From NCBI GenBank assembly GCA_964106645.2, contig OZ067044.1: a stretch of 64,000 nucleotides of DNA; one strand, 5' to 3'. A program made the translations under genes and the position numbers. Below are positions 22,912 through 37,415 of this stretch, piece by piece (the stretch's first letter is position 1; every line of letters begins with the position of its first letter). This DNA is from Podarcis pityusensis (Eukaryota). The notes under the pieces were generated by a model. It searched no databases. It was not told the DNA's origin and saw only the letters and a list, made by a program, of their open reading frames with translations.

Positions 22912-25649
22912 TACTGGTTGGTTTGAAGCCTATTTGCAACTTAGGTCTTTAAAATATATTCAAAGCACATTTTCTCCCCCAAAGAACCCTGGAAGTTTGT
23001 TAAGGGTGCTGAAAATTGCAGGTCTGTGAGGGGCAAACTACAGTTCCCATGAACTGTTCATCCAAGCATGGGCTGAGGCCGGAATTCGGGTCTGACCTAG
23101 ATTGCAAGTGTATCCCCATCAGGAAAAAATAAAGAAAAGAAAAAACCATCTTGCAGAATCCTTATATGTTTCTCTGTATTTAGATACTGGGGACTTACAC
23201 CAACCACAATATTTGGTTCAAATTTGAAAGTTGATAGCTATGCCACCAAATCCCTTCACCAGTATAGTTGTCACACTGAGGAAAAACAGTTAACATTCAA
23301 GCCTCAGCTTTCACCTCAGCTTTCTCTGGTCTTTGCCTTCCACCTCCCTCATGAACTGACAGTATTTCTCTCTACTAACTGCTAACTGCCCTTTCTTTCA
23401 CTGACTTCAGCCAACCAGAGTCTGTTGTTCTGCACACAAATCAAAATCAATGTACCTGATCCATGTCTATAATAAATTATCTCTCTCTCCCCTTTTAGAA
23501 CCTGTCACCAAGCAGCAGCTTCGAAGAGGCCTGCAATGTAGCAGAAACACAAGGCCTCAACCTTTGACTGTTATACCCTGACATCAACAGAGCTTGCAGA
23601 AATCTTTTCCATAGCACAAAACATAAGACAAACATATATGCACGGCATTTCTCCACAAAGCACACGAGAACAAGGCGATTAACTCACTTCCAACATCCTT
23701 TCACCAAAGCAGAGAGAGCAGAGTCGAGGTAAAATCATCCCCTTTGGTTACAGGGGTGGGAAACTTGATACGGCTGGAGGGCCAAATACTTACCTCCTCT
23801 GCTCCCTGCAGGCTAAACCAGGCGAGGTTTTCCAAGGGTCTCATTCTTAGCACCCCTGAGCTGACCGCCTTTGACACGGACAGCCCCACCTACAACGGGC
23901 TGCCAAATGAGCTACTCTCCTGTGAAGAAGTTCCTCTGATGTCCTTTTGCACCTGCAGACAATTGTCACTTTGAGGGAGCAAACAGATTTAAAAGGTGCA
24001 AAAATCAGCTAGAAAACACTATTATTTAATTATTATTTATTTAAATTTTATTCAGCCCCATGTGCCAGATTCCTATTGAAAGGGTTACAGCTAACATTTA
24101 AGAGTTGATTCACATATTAATATCTGTGTGATATATTACTCCTATTATTTCCATGAGGAGAGAAGAACTTCTCACAAACTGTCCTGTATAAGAGTTTTCT
24201 TTCCTGAAATAAGGAACATTTCTGTGATGGGCACTGCACAATTTCTTCCGCAGTTGTTTTAGCAGCAACCAATAAAAGAAACCTCATACAGTACTTTGCT
24301 TTTACTGCCAGTAGCCCAGCAGTGGTGAAATAATCTGTTACCACATTCTAAGGAATAGAAGAAGTATACTGTAAGGGAGTTGCACTCACCACTTAAAACC
24401 AATGAACTAAATGTAAAATGTAAAAAAACAACAACCCAACAACCCCAGAAAGTGAAATGAGGGAGTTAAATTGCTATTTATAAAGACTAATCCAGTACTC
24501 CGAGGTTTGTATAATCTAGAAGAGGAGGAAGTTATTTTTTAAAAAAGAAAATTAAATGTAGGAATACATGTAGGAAAATTAAAGGTTGGAATACACATTT
24601 CCTGGAATACAGCGGCCTAATAAAAAAGCTAATAGTAAAATTAATAATAATAGCCTAATAAAAGCTGCTCTCTGCCCCAAACTGGAAGGGAGTGAGGGGA
24701 AGGAAATTGGAAAAGCTCTTAAGAACCTACGTGTGGAAGGCCTGGGAATTCCTGAAATCTTTATCATATCCTCTAAAAAATTAACTCAGCTTGGTTAAGT
24801 GCTGACAGGGAGGGGAACCTAAGGGAGAAAACCCCCTCCAAAAAACCCCCAACCCCTGCATAATAAGGACTGAGCATGTTCAGTGACCACAGAACACAGA
24901 GTCTGAGGGGATGAACAGAAAATCAGAGAGTGGAGGAGCATTCTGAAGAATGGTACAGCTTGGCAACGTTTTATTACAAGTCCGACCTGTCTCTATAGTC
25001 TATACATACTTCCGTTTATGTAAAACCTGGACATGTTCAGCTTTCCAGGAGGAACCTGCACTAGAAACAAGTAAAATTAATTTAAATATTCTTAATAGGC
25101 AATGGTTAAGTTCACATTTTCCTGCAACAAAACACTGTGGTTTGTGTGTTGGGACCTTCAGGTCTTAAATGAGAGAAAGAGAGAAAGGTCTGGATCCCAT
25201 TCAACAAACAAATAACGACAGGGCAATGATTGCATGACCTTAAAAAAAAAACCTAAAAAAAACTTTGCAAGCAGTTTTTAGTTGTGAAACAGCAATTATC
25301 AGTTGAAGCATTATTAGGCAGTTTGGGTGTTTTCCCAGGATTATATTCCAGCCCCAGTGAATTCATAAGATGTTTGTTGTTTCTATCTTTAAGGTAGAAA
25401 ATAGCACGGCATTTCTGCAGGTTTCAGTGAAGGCCAATTGTGGGGTTCACGGCTGCAGTGTCTCCACGAGGCACCTGTAATAATAGCTTTTGGCTTTCTG
25501 ATACTCGGCAAAGATGAGTTTGGAAATGCACCAACGGAACCTCCTGCCACCGTAGATCCGGAGCAGAATAGAAAGAAATCCCTACGCAGCAGCAGCAGCA
25601 GACAGCAAAGCATCCAAAAGCAGCAGCAGCAACAGCTGCTGCCTATAAC

Positions 25650-27030
25650 AATCAGTGCAACCCTCCTCCCCCTCGGGCGTTCCAGCGGACACGTCACCTT
25701 GACCCGCGCGAACCCTGTGTCGTCACCAGCGCCGTGCCCGTTAGTGACAAACAGGAAAGGCTCCTCGATTTCCTTACAAGGGCATCAGCCTATTCTCTCC
25801 ATCTCGCTCGCGCGCACTCTCGACCTCGCCCCTCCCCCTGTGGCCCCGCCCCGTCTTCTGGAATGCGGTGAGCGCACGGGACTGTACCAATTCGACAACA
25901 GGGGGAGGACGGAAGGGCTGAACCAACTTTCCTTTCCCCCACCCCCGGGGTCACTGGGACATCTAAACCCTTCGTGAAGGAAAGATCTATTTCTGGCCCC
26001 TTGTCTGGCTCCTGAAGTTCTCCTTACTGACGACGCGCGCTCACTCATGTTTCCACCCCCCCACGGCTCCCCTGTGCTGGCGTGGCAGTAGTTCGGCCCG
26101 GTGTCTCGCTCTTCCGGAAGTGCCGAGGCCGTTCAACTGCTTTGCTCCGCTGCCGTCGCTGCTCCCTCGGCTTCTCCCGTAACCGATTCTCATCCATCGC
26201 CACTCAGGTGAGAAAGGGTGGAAACGTTCTGCTTGGTGGACGAGCGCATTCGGGAGATGGGGGGGTGGAGGTTCAGGAATCCCAGCGCCGTCTGCGTCCC
26301 CCTCTTTGGGCTGCGTCGTGGTGCCTCCGCGCCCCAGTTCCCTGCCTCAGAGAGCAGCAGGAGGCCCGCTGGGCCTGGGCGCCGCTCGCTCGCCCGCCCG
26401 CCCTCGGAGGGCCCCCGCTTTCCCCTCAGGAGCGCGCCGGGGTGGGGCGCAGCTGTCATGGCGGTGGCTGCTGGGCAGTTGGAAGTCTCCCTTCTCCTGT
26501 TTGCCGCCTTCAACAGCTTATGGGCGGGGATGCCTGTGTTATCCCCCCATTATGTGAGGGGTCGGTCCGAAATTTCAAAATCACACGGCTTTGGTGTTTT
26601 AAACAGCCTCTGGGCAGGGAATGTCGACTTCCCCGATTCCCACGCTGTTGCGCCCAGGAAGGCTGCCGTGCATGAACCTGATGGAAGCGGCCTGTCAAGA
26701 AATGGCTGCACCCATCCCGACGGGGCCGTCCAGGCCTAATGGGCGTCTGGGACGGTGTTGACTCTCGCCAGTTGGCTGCTGGGAGCCAGCGAAAACGCCG
26801 CTCGAATCTGCCGGCCGCCTGAGCCTCCCTTTCGGGCGCTGCTCTTGCCCCCGTTGCCAAACAAGCTCGCTGCGGTGGACAGGGGAGGTTCCCTCCCATC
26901 TTATCGCGCACGCATCCTGTCCGCTTCCTCCCCCCCTCGGAGATCGGATGCCGCCTTTGGCAGTTTCGTAACATACAACGGAGAGTCTTGTGGTATATTT
27001 GAAAAATATACTCTCGCTGGCGCAGTGTCG
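25650..27030 (+). promoter_or_regulatory. CpG-island promoter of MYL12
   Basis: High GC and CpG density. CArG-like CCTTACAAGG (25772-25781), GC box GGCCCCGCCC (~25842), CCAAT (~25887), palindromic ETS site CTTCCGGAAG (26111-26120). Confidence 0.8.
26120..26207 (+). other. MYL12B: Probable non-coding exon 1 of MYL12 (start approximate)
   Basis: Donor CAG|GTGAGA at 26208 inside the CpG island; the next acceptor precedes the ATG exon at 32387. Confidence 0.65.
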
Positions 27031-27305
27031 GAACCAAGACTGTAGAGATGCTGGTGCAGATCCCCATTCAGCCGTGAGGTTCACTGGGTGATGCTGTATT
27101 AGGATCGCGACTAGCCTTTCTCACAGGGTTCTTGGGCAGGTAAAATGGGGAAGGCAGGCAGGCTGTAAATGCAGCCAAACAAACCTGCCTCAAGACTTGG
27201 GTTTTCTTCCCAACCAGGCTAGTGCTACTCTAGAACTTATTATTTTGTTAGGCAGTATTTGATAGTTTTTTTGGTCACTTGGAAGATGAACCGTTTAGTG
27301 TACTG

Positions 27306-27451
27306 TATAGAATCACAGAGTTGTTGAGTTGGAAGGGACCACAAGGGTCATCTAGTCTAACCCCCATGCAATGCAGGAATCTTTTGCCGCATGTGGGCCT
27401 CCAACCTACAGCCCTGATAGTAAGAGTCTCATGTTCTACGGACAGAGCCAT
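27306..27451 (-). mobile_element. tRNA-derived SINE with CR1 3' tail
   Basis: Minus strand: tRNA-Lys-like head (GCTCTGTCCGTAGAACATGAGACTCTTA) joined to ATTCCTGCATTGCA..GACTAGATGACCCTTGTGGTCCCTTCCAACTC..ATTCTAT. Confidence 0.7.
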
Positions 27452-28257
27452 CATCCTGACAACAGCTTCTTTAGTTCAGGATCAAAGTGCACATGACAGC
27501 TTGCTTTGTTTCAGAGGCCAAGAACTAAATGTAGTCTATCTTTGCAAGTGAATCACTATAGTAAAATTCACTATAGAGCTTGTTTTTCCCTTGATCACTT
27601 TAAGTGTGTAAAGCCTCCCTCACTGTGGACCTACACATGTAATAGTTTGATGAAAACTTAGCTCAGAGCAATTTTGGAAGTGGTTACATATTCAGAACAT
27701 AAACTAGGGACAGGTTTGTGTGGAACATAAAATTGGGACAAGAAAAAGTTGGTTATTTCAGAGTGATGGTGCTTCTATAAATATCGGGTGCTCGAAACTT
27801 GTGGATACATAGGAATTTGAAATATTTTTCCAGCCCTCATGCAGCATTCTGCCTAGTGCATTCCAAAGGAAGCCATGTTAAAGGAGGAGTTTCACTGTAA
27901 TAAGGTTCCAGCACACTATTCATTACTATGCAAGCCCCATCAAACTAAACCAGAAGTAAAAACTCAGGTGACTAAATAGCAAGGTTAAAAGTCATATAGA
28001 AATATGAACTAAAGCATTTACTGTGATAAGTAGTATGAAACTAATGCAGTTATGTTTCTGCAGCACTACACAGCAATTCTTTGCTCCCCACCCCAGGAAT
28101 TACACCTTGAAATTGTTAAGAACTTCTTAGACAAGATAACCTTGCTGCACAGCCATCTTTTAAAATTTACAAAGCAAAATAGAACTTGCACTAAAAACTA
28201 CAACTCAGCTGCTCTGAGCCCGGCCTTGGCTGGGGAGGGCGGGGTATAAATAAAAAT

Positions 28258-28289
<32 letters not shown>

Positions 28290-31200
28290 AAATAAAGTCA
28301 ATATGAAGTCATTCATCCTCTTCTCTTCCCCCACTCCCCAACTTTCTCTAGCTGGTCACACAGAAGTGAGTTTTAATACATTGCAAACATGCAGTTGTTT
28401 ACAACTTTCAATTAAAGGTAAAGATAGATAGCAGGTTTAAATAGATGAAGAAACTGAGATTTCCAAAAGGCAGTTGGGTATCACTTTCAATTGATATTTG
28501 GTAGGAAAAATTCTAATCTCTGTTCTTCTGCCACTTTTTGCTTTGAGTTTTCTGTGATAGTTCTCATAAATTATATGATCCACAGGACATTTCTTTGTAA
28601 ATTAGTGGCTGAAATTAAACTAGTATATCAAGCCTTGCAGTGCATGCTTAACTACAGTTACCATAAATTATTCAGCTTGCTATGATCAAAACAATACAAT
28701 CAAAGCAGAGGTGTCAAAGGTAAGCATTCCAGATGTTATCAGATGCCCAACTCCTATTTGTCCCAGCAAGCACTGCCAATTGTCAGGTGTGGTAGTAGCT
28801 ATAGTCCAACTTCTGGATGGCCAGAGGTTTACTATTTCTGATCCAAAGAGACATAAAAGGGCATAAAGCTTGGGCTTTTGATTGAGCCTACTGATCATAA
28901 AATTAAAATTACTTTTTGTCACTATTGTTAGTACAATCGTTTTGATTCTCTTGGGAAAACCTATGACTTTTTGTAGTATCAACTTGTGTGCTTGGTAGTA
29001 TATGATAGTTTTTAAAAACATTAAATTGCTTGCTATTTAACTTTTTTCTATGTTTTTATATATGATGGGCAATGTCAAAAAATACAGTTTGAACCAATTC
29101 CCAGTACATATGAGCTTTTCAGATGAAAACCTTGTATGTATGTATTTGAAAATATTACCCTTCTCTGATGTGCATGTCCAGTGTTTGAAACTCCCATTGT
29201 TCTAAGTGCATTTTGCAACAGGGAATTTCATTAGCGCAAGCAGTTTCTGAGCTCTGGGTGCAGTACTGTGCCTAAGATTTCAGATTGCAGTACAGTGCAC
29301 ACACTACAGTGGAAGGAAAGGAGGAGCCTTTTCTGCCTCCCCACTTCCAGCTACTCACTGAAGACTGGGGGTGGGCAGGGGAAGGACCATGTGAAAAATG
29401 AACATAATATTTTAGCTGCAGTTCATTCATTTTCAGCTTTGTATTCTTGTTATAAAAAAGCGCACCTGGACATTCTGTTGTTGCACCCATAATCTAGGTT
29501 TAAGATGCCATTTAGCTCTTAGCTTGCATATCTTAGTTTCTAACACTGTACACGTCTACTATAGGCAAGAATCATATGCAGCCACTTGCTCTATATGCAT
29601 CACCAGCTGATTGATAAAGTTTGGTATTATTATTTCAACTAATTGGAATAATAATGCCATGGATAAATAGGAGTGCTGTTTACATAGGCTGTGCTGACAA
29701 GAGTCTATATGTGGTGGGCATAATCACAGTGTTACATGCCTTTCCTACATGTAAGTTATATCCATTCTGATAAGATGGTCCTCAAGTAGTCCACATGTTT
29801 AAATCTAAAATCATTGGCTTATGTATATGGCAGATCAGCTGTTTATAATCTGAATTAAAATGGAAGGCCCTTGAATGGAAGTCATTATTCGTTGTGCTTG
29901 TTAAGCTATTATGGTTGTGAAAGGGCAGTAAATGTTTGTTGGGTGACTTGTACTTGAGTTTATTTTTAGTCCAACAGTAATTTGTGTTCTGGTGTGTCAG
30001 AGGACTGTTGTAGATGGAACACAAGTTTAAAATTGTGAAGTTAATCAGTAGATGAAATCAGTGTTGCTATTTGTAGATCTCCCTTTAGCATATAACTCGC
30101 GTACAACAACATCTCTTGCTATCTGGAACCTTCATAAACTATTGGGCTGCAGTCTTATTTTGAGAAATGGTAAGACTTTTCTCTAGAAAAAAAATGAATG
30201 GCTTGGTACTTTGTTAGGAGATTTGTTTATAAAGCTAAGTATCTGAACTATACTGAATAATTGTGTATTATTGCTAGAATTTGGTTTTTGAAATGTTATG
30301 ATGGGATTTAGACATTGTAAAAATGATTTCATCTTCATGTAAAGATTCACAAAGCTTCTTGGAGCCAAGTACTGGGAGCAAATGGTAAAATTGATTTCAG
30401 GATGTTATAAAACTTACATTGACTGACTTGTTTTGTCTGATCTTCAGTTAGTGAAAGAATGTTTGTATCATGGGATAAATTAAGTTTAAAAACATAGAAG
30501 AAACAAATGTGCTGTAATTATAATTTTCAAATCCTTAATGCTATAAATGCAAACTTAATTTGAAAGAGAACTCATATACACCCAGCTAGCACAGATCAAC
30601 TAAGTTGCAAAAAGTAGTGTGTATATTATAGAGGGGATAATTACTGTTAATGATTTACAGTACTTAATTTCCAATATAATTGTGTCCAAAAATGCAGCCA
30701 AAAAAATCATTGTGCAACAGATCCACCCTGTGCTTCTAAGAAATCCTCCAGTATTTAAGGCATCAATCTCAATATTTTTTCACTCACACACAAATAACTT
30801 TTTTGACTGTTTATTTGATGTCATTCTGTATCTGCACACACATTTCTGTCTACAAACATTGAGTTGTATCCAGTTGTTTCCCTCTATTGACAGAAGTGGA
30901 GACTTCTATTAACAGAAATGCAAGTGAGAGGGGAAGGTGATTTTTGTTGATTCCCTCTTCTGCTCTCTGTGCCCACCAATTTGTTACAGAGGTTTGGATC
31001 CTTTGGAATGGCTGTAGGAGAAAGGGATTTGTGAAAATCACCTCCTTTCCTCTTGCAGAAGCCTCCACTGGATGAAAGAGTTTTCACCAGCAGAGGAACA
31101 CAGTTGGATTCAGCCCTATATGCAAGCAGGGGATACCTGTGCCAGGGCTTCTTAACATTGTGGGCTTATGTCTGACCACCAGATACCTTGATACCACTTT

Positions 31201-32401
31201 CTATTGCCTCACAACAGCTATGGCCCACTTATAAATAATAGAGGACACCCACCACAAACCCCCAAATTAGTACATAATCCTGATATATAGCAAAAGGGTT
31301 TTCCCCTTTCCTTTTTTAGGGCGCCTTAACACTTAACTTATTGCTTAAACTGGTGATTTAACATGATCTTTTTAAAGCAAAGAGATCAATATATCTGTCA
31401 GTGGCCTGTACAAAACCAGAATAGTTTTTGGATTGCTTAAGAATTTGTTGGCACGCCAGGGATATAAATTCCATTTTAAAATCTGCTGTTGAAACTATGA
31501 GTTAATAAGGCTTTCTCACTAAGGATCACAATAAAGGCAAGGGGAATTTTTAGGGTAAAGTTTATCAGGGCATATTTAGGGAAGGTTGGCTTAACATGTC
31601 TGAAGGAAGAACTGTATAGTGACTGACATGTGGTGAAATAGCAGATGCTAAGCTCTCCCAAGCATAGGAAGCATGACTGACACTAACAGAAGCAAGGATA
31701 TGTCTCTCTTCAGCCCAGGCTGCTGCTCTTAACTCAATAACATGGATTAAATATGATTCTGTAGGAGCACTGATACTCAATCTCAACCATCTGCTGTGGC
31801 TGAAAAACCTAGTATTGCGAGCACCAAATGTTCAAGTAATGAGTGTACTCCCCTACATAATGACTTATAATTTATTTTGTGCATTGGTAGCCCCCACTCC
31901 TGCCTTTTTTCAAGGAACTCAGAGTTGGGGTTAGACACTATCAAACTTCCACAGGGTAGTTGTGATGAAAGAATGCATTTTGACGCAAACTGCCCAAGTT
32001 GGATTGAGCAGGATTTGAACCTGGTTTCTCCAATATCTAAACCCAACGTAAATTGGGGGGGGGGGACCTGTGGCTCTCCAGGTGTTGCTGAATTCCCATC
32101 ATCCCTAGCCAGTACGGCCAGTTGTCAGAGATGATGAAAGTTGGAGCACAGCGACAAATGGTAGACTAGGTGCCTGCCCCCTATACTAACAGTCGGGATT
32201 TATATTTTACTAAGGTGCAGTAGTGTACACATTACATATTTTAGCTAGTTTCTTGAAAATTAAAACTAATTGCACTTATGAGGCTTTGAATTTGGCAAAA
32301 TTGCCCTTGCAGACCATATGTCCCATATACCACGTTTTGTTTTTATAGGTTTCTGTAACTACCTCTTTTCTCTTTCTGTCTTATAGAATCCAACCGCCAT
32401 C

Positions 32402-32585
32402 ATGTCAAGCAAAAGGGCAAAGACCAAGACCACAAAGAAGCGCCCTCAGCGTGCCACTTCCAATGTGTTTGCTATGTTTGATCAGTCACAGATTCAAGAA
32501 TTCAAAGAGGCATTCAACATGATTGATCAAAACAGAGATGGTTTCATTGACAAAGAAGACCTGCATGATATGCTTGCTTCACTTG
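32402..32585 (+). CDS. MYL12B: Non-muscle myosin regulatory light chain 12, coding exon 1 (exon starts at 32387)
   Basis: [61 protein letters not shown], with the Thr18/Ser19 site and an EF-hand. Donor G|gtaatt; 184 nt. A versus B orthology is not resolvable from sequence. Confidence 0.96.
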
Positions 32586-32765
32586 GTAATTATTTTTCTC
32601 CTTTCCTTCAGTTAAGTTGTTTCTCTGTTGAGGGGGAAATTCACTTTGTTTCCCAGATATTGCGCTAGGATTTTTTTTATCTTAACATTTGAGACCTGTG
32701 TTATGAGTTAACATTAATTCTGTAAATGATAGTATATAGATAATCTTTAAAATATGAATATTTGA

Positions 32766-32957
<192 letters not shown>

Positions 32958-34094
32958 TAACTTCTTTGCTTTTGATCTTCACTGTGAACATGTATTTATG
33001 ATGAAAATATAAAATGTACTTGAGAGAAATGACACACTTGCAACGTGTATTAGTTAAACATAGATTTTGACAAATGCGTGGAAGGTAAGGATGCCAATGG
33101 CTACTGGTCATGTTGGCTATGTAGTACAGGAATGGGCAGACTTCAGGCTTTTGAGTTCTACTGTGTTTCTTTACTAACACCTTAAGGTCCACCAGTTAGA
33201 TGCATTATGTTTGCTTGGGAGTGCAGCCAGTCACTTACAGCATCTAATGAGCATACACTGGGATTGCCTACACATACAGGTACAACTGAGTTACTACAGA
33301 ACAGGGGTTCTAACACCCTGATTTAGAAAGGGAAAAAGCTGGTTTGTCACTAGAAACCCATGTTGATCTACTGCAAATAATCCAGAGATCTAGCAGCAGA
33401 TCCTGATCCACTTTCCCCCCACCCCTCTAATATCAGAGTCAGTATGCTTCTGAATACCAGTTGCTGGAAATCAGAGGTAGGTTAGGGCTGTTGCACTCAA
33501 TTCCTACATCTGGGCTTCTCATATGTGTTTGCTTAGTCACTGTGAGAACAGAATACTGGACTAGATGGGTCTTTGATCTGATCTGGCAAAGCTTTTTTTA
33601 TTTTCAGTAGTAGAAAGCCTCCCAAGCAGCAAACCAGAATGGACAAGTTGATAGCTACAAACCAGGGCTGTGAATGATGTTGCCTTTGGAACAACTAAGA
33701 AGCAAAAGACTTCTGAGCCTAAATAAATATTTGCAAAGGGGCACTTTAAAAGTCCTTGGTGCTGCATATACCTCACAGGATTAATATTATTTGTTCTTTA
33801 TATACGTCTCAAAAGCTTTATGATGAACTAATACAGTCTGAAATACCTTATTTCAAGAGCTTTCATCTTAACATTATTGAAATGCTTTTCAATCATTGGG
33901 GTGGGGAGTCCTGGTGGGGAACTGAGGTACATTGCAGAATATAACTACAAGGTGAAAGGTCCGATCTCAAATCAGTGGCAGCTCATGTCCCATAATATCC
34001 TTTTACAGCTGCTTTCATTTGTTCAGATGCATTATTGCATCCTCAATGCTACATAATATAGAATTGGTGGCTATTATAAATTTTGTTAATATTA

Positions 34095-34309
34095 CTGTGG
34101 TGCCTCGGGTTACAGGCGCTTCAGGTTACAGACTCCGCTAACCCAGAAATATTACCTCGGGTTAAGAACTTTGCTTCATGATGAGAACAGAAATCGCGCA
34201 GCAGCAGCGGGAGGCCCCATTAGCTAAAGTGGTGCTTCAGGTTAAGAACAGTTTCAGGTTAAGAACGGACCTCCAGAACAAATTAAGTTCTTAACCCGAG
34301 GTACCACTG
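34095..34309. mobile_element. Tc1/mariner-type MITE, family A copy 5 (MYL12 last intron)
   Basis: TA|CTGTGGTGCCTCGGGTTA ... TAACCCGAGGTACCACTG|TA. Confidence 0.85.
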
Positions 34310-35086
34310 TATTGTTGTTATTATTATTAAACCAAGAATGGAACAGAATTCAAAATCAATACAACAGTGCTAAGCAGCTAATAACTATCGTAAGTGGGTA
34401 CATGAGAAGCAGAAACGTAGCTGGTGACCCCAACACACATTACTAATGCTGGTAAAACACTATTTTTTCACATGGTTCCTTTACCTGAAGTCAGAGGGCA
34501 GGGCTCTCCTGGTCGTAGAAATATTTTTGGATTAGGATTGGCTGAGCAGTGCAGAGAGCTGATTTGCCAGGCTTGCACAAATGTTTCTGGAGTCTCTCCT
34601 AGCTGAAATGGAAGGCTATGATTGTGTGTGGGACAAAAAAGTGTGGTTTTGACATTTGGGATGGAGGAAAACTACTTAAATTTTTACTTTGCCCCAGTAT
34701 ACTTAGTGTATGAGCCTCTACTCTCTAACCCCAAGGTTGCAAGGATATCTGATAATCTTGGTGTCAGAAAGGCTATTACTGACACAACCCTAGCATGTGA
34801 GTCCTTCTCTCTGCTTGCATTTATACAAACAGATTTTGAAAACAGTCAGTGAATTTAAAGCAGAAAATGTATTTAAATCCTTTCTTCTTAGCCCTAATGT
34901 TTGCTATGGAGCTTTAAATGCTAGGCTATTACTATATTAGTTAAATATGGATAGCTATAGTGTTTTCAGGTAGCCATTCCCTTGTTTTTTGAATAATTTA
35001 ATTGTATGGCCTAACTATTACTATATCAGTGGAATGTTTCTTTTGATAAAGCTTGCCAATTTTGTGTATGTAATGTCTCCTGATAA

Positions 35087-35272
<186 letters not shown>

Positions 35273-35588
35273 AACAGAACTCTTGCCTCTGCCATTTTCT
35301 TTAGATCTCACCTGCAGTTATCTTTGAGGGGTTTTTTCCTGGTAGAACCTGTTGCATGCATTTAGCTTTACAGCTTTTGCCTTTCTTGATGTATTTATCT
35401 ATACCAGGCATTCTGGCACATCTTGCACCTGTATAATCAGGTTGGCAATGGGGATTGTAGTTGTGGTGAGAGAGTTGGAGGATAAGATCAATGACTCTGA
35501 AGGCCCAGGAAAAACGTCTCAATGTTTCTGGTTTAGCTGGATTTTTACATTTTGTAATAATGCCATTTTGAAATAAGATTGCTATATC

Positions 35589-35594
35589 AATAAA
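35589..35594 (+). terminator. MYL12 polyadenylation signal (second candidate at 35886-35891)
   Basis: AATAAA about 320 nt after the stop codon, followed by GT/T-rich sequence. Confidence 0.7.
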
Positions 35595-37071
35595 ATACCT
35601 CAAATGCTGCATTGTGAAGTGAAATTTTATTAAGTGTTTAGAGTCCAGAGTTTATACATTCCCCCCAAAAAACAAGATGGGAAGCAGTATGCTGGAGCTT
35701 ATCGTGATGTAAAGAACTGTTTCTTTCATTTAAGACTGAACTGCAGCATTGTGAATCACAAATGTGGTGATCTAAACTTTTTGCAGGGCAAGGATTAGTT
35801 ACTGGCAACTTTTCAGATTCTGCTTTCTGGCCTCCACAGTCCTATAGAGCAGATACTCACAAACATTTAGATTTTGGTGTTTATAAATAAACTTGGTGTT
35901 TATAAATTTAGAAGGAGCTTCCCTTATTTAATCTGATCTAGCAGGCAGCAGTTGTGTTATTTTTCCTGTTTCCTAAAATAATTCATAGAATTGTGTCAAA
36001 ATGATACAGGTTTTTTTAATGGACTGCAAATACTTTCTTTGCCAATCTATAAGCAATTACTGTGCATTGGAGAGTAAGTTGGAGAATGTTGAGATCTCTC
36101 TTTTTTGTCTGATCTACCCACTTGCGGCATGGAAAGGACGTTACAGGCACATGCCACATCCAACTGTTAGAACAATTTTCCATGTGCAGTTATGAGAAAT
36201 AGTCCAATGGGAAGACAAATGAGCAGCTCAAAATTGCTGTGAGAAACACATGAGAGACCACAACCATCTGGGAAACCAAACACAAAAAGTTTCTAAGATG
36301 GGTGTATGCTTCTGTCTGACGTCTACAAGTTGTGTGCTTGCTGTGGGAAACGCCTAGTGAAGGCTTGAAACCATCAACAATGTAGTCAAATCCTGCCAAT
36401 ATTCCAAATTGAGGCACTTTTCTGCCATAGTTGAAAACTGCAGAAAACTACATTTGTTTTATTAGCTAAACCTTAAAGAAAGCAGAACAAACGTTTGTAA
36501 AATTAAACTATACTCCAGATCAAGTTGATTCCTTTAGCTTCCCATTGTTTTAATGTTCAAGTCCTACCATCATATGCTTATTCTGTGAGATGTATCTGGG
36601 TTTGGATTTGTTATCTTAATCTGAAATTATCTGTAATTTTCTTGAGCCTCAACTTCCCCATCGTAATGCCAGACTTGTGTATATTCTACAGAGTCTTGTT
36701 CTGTTGAAGCTGGCATTTTGCAATGATTTGTGTTTTTAAAAATTCTCTTCTGTCTAGATAGCTAATCTTTTCCTCCTTTAAACAAAATACCCTGCCTCAG
36801 ACCACCCAGCCAGCTTTCCCTTCCTAAGAGTGTGTGTGCAGCTGTCAAGGGCATGGTTACTACAGTGCATCATATTGGAATGTCTGAAAGATCTCTACAG
36901 CAGGAGATTCTTGAAAGGCTGCTTGCCAAGTATGCAGTAAATGCTTATTATTTAAACCCTGTTGAGGGGTTCATTGCTGTTTTGATAAAATGACCAAATC
37001 CTTTTATTTCAAAAGCAGCAACAGTTTATGGATTGAGGATACTGGCTTTTAAAACTTCTAACAGTAGAGTA

Positions 37072-37415
37072 TAAAGGTAAAGGGACTCCTGACCGTTAGG
37101 TCCATTCGTGACTGACTCTGGTTGCGGCGCTCATCTCGCTTTATTGGCCGAGGGAGCCAGCGTACAGCTTCGGGGTCATGTGGCCAGCATAACTAAGCCG
37201 CTTCTGGCAAACCAGAGCAGCGCATGGAAACGCCGTTTACCTTCCCACTGGAGGTATTTATCTACTTGCACTTTGATGTGCTTTCGAACTGCTAGGTTGG
37301 CAGGAGCAGGGACCGAGCAACGGGAGCTCACCCCGTCGCGGGGATTCGAACCGCTGACCTTCTGATTAGCAAGTCCTAGGCTCTGTGGTTTAACCCACAG
37401 CGCCACCCGCGTCCC
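37072..37415 (-). mobile_element. Sauria SINE, full length
   Basis: Minus strand begins GGGACGCGGGTGGCGCTGTGGG (box A), contains GGTTCGAATCC (box B) and ends in an ACCTTT tail. Confidence 0.9.

Noticed and set aside
25389-27084. Overlapping 100-200 aa ORFs, including a poly-Q stretch
   Set aside because: Expected in a CpG island with a (CAG)n tract; no domain similarity, and the real MYL12 CDS starts at 32402.
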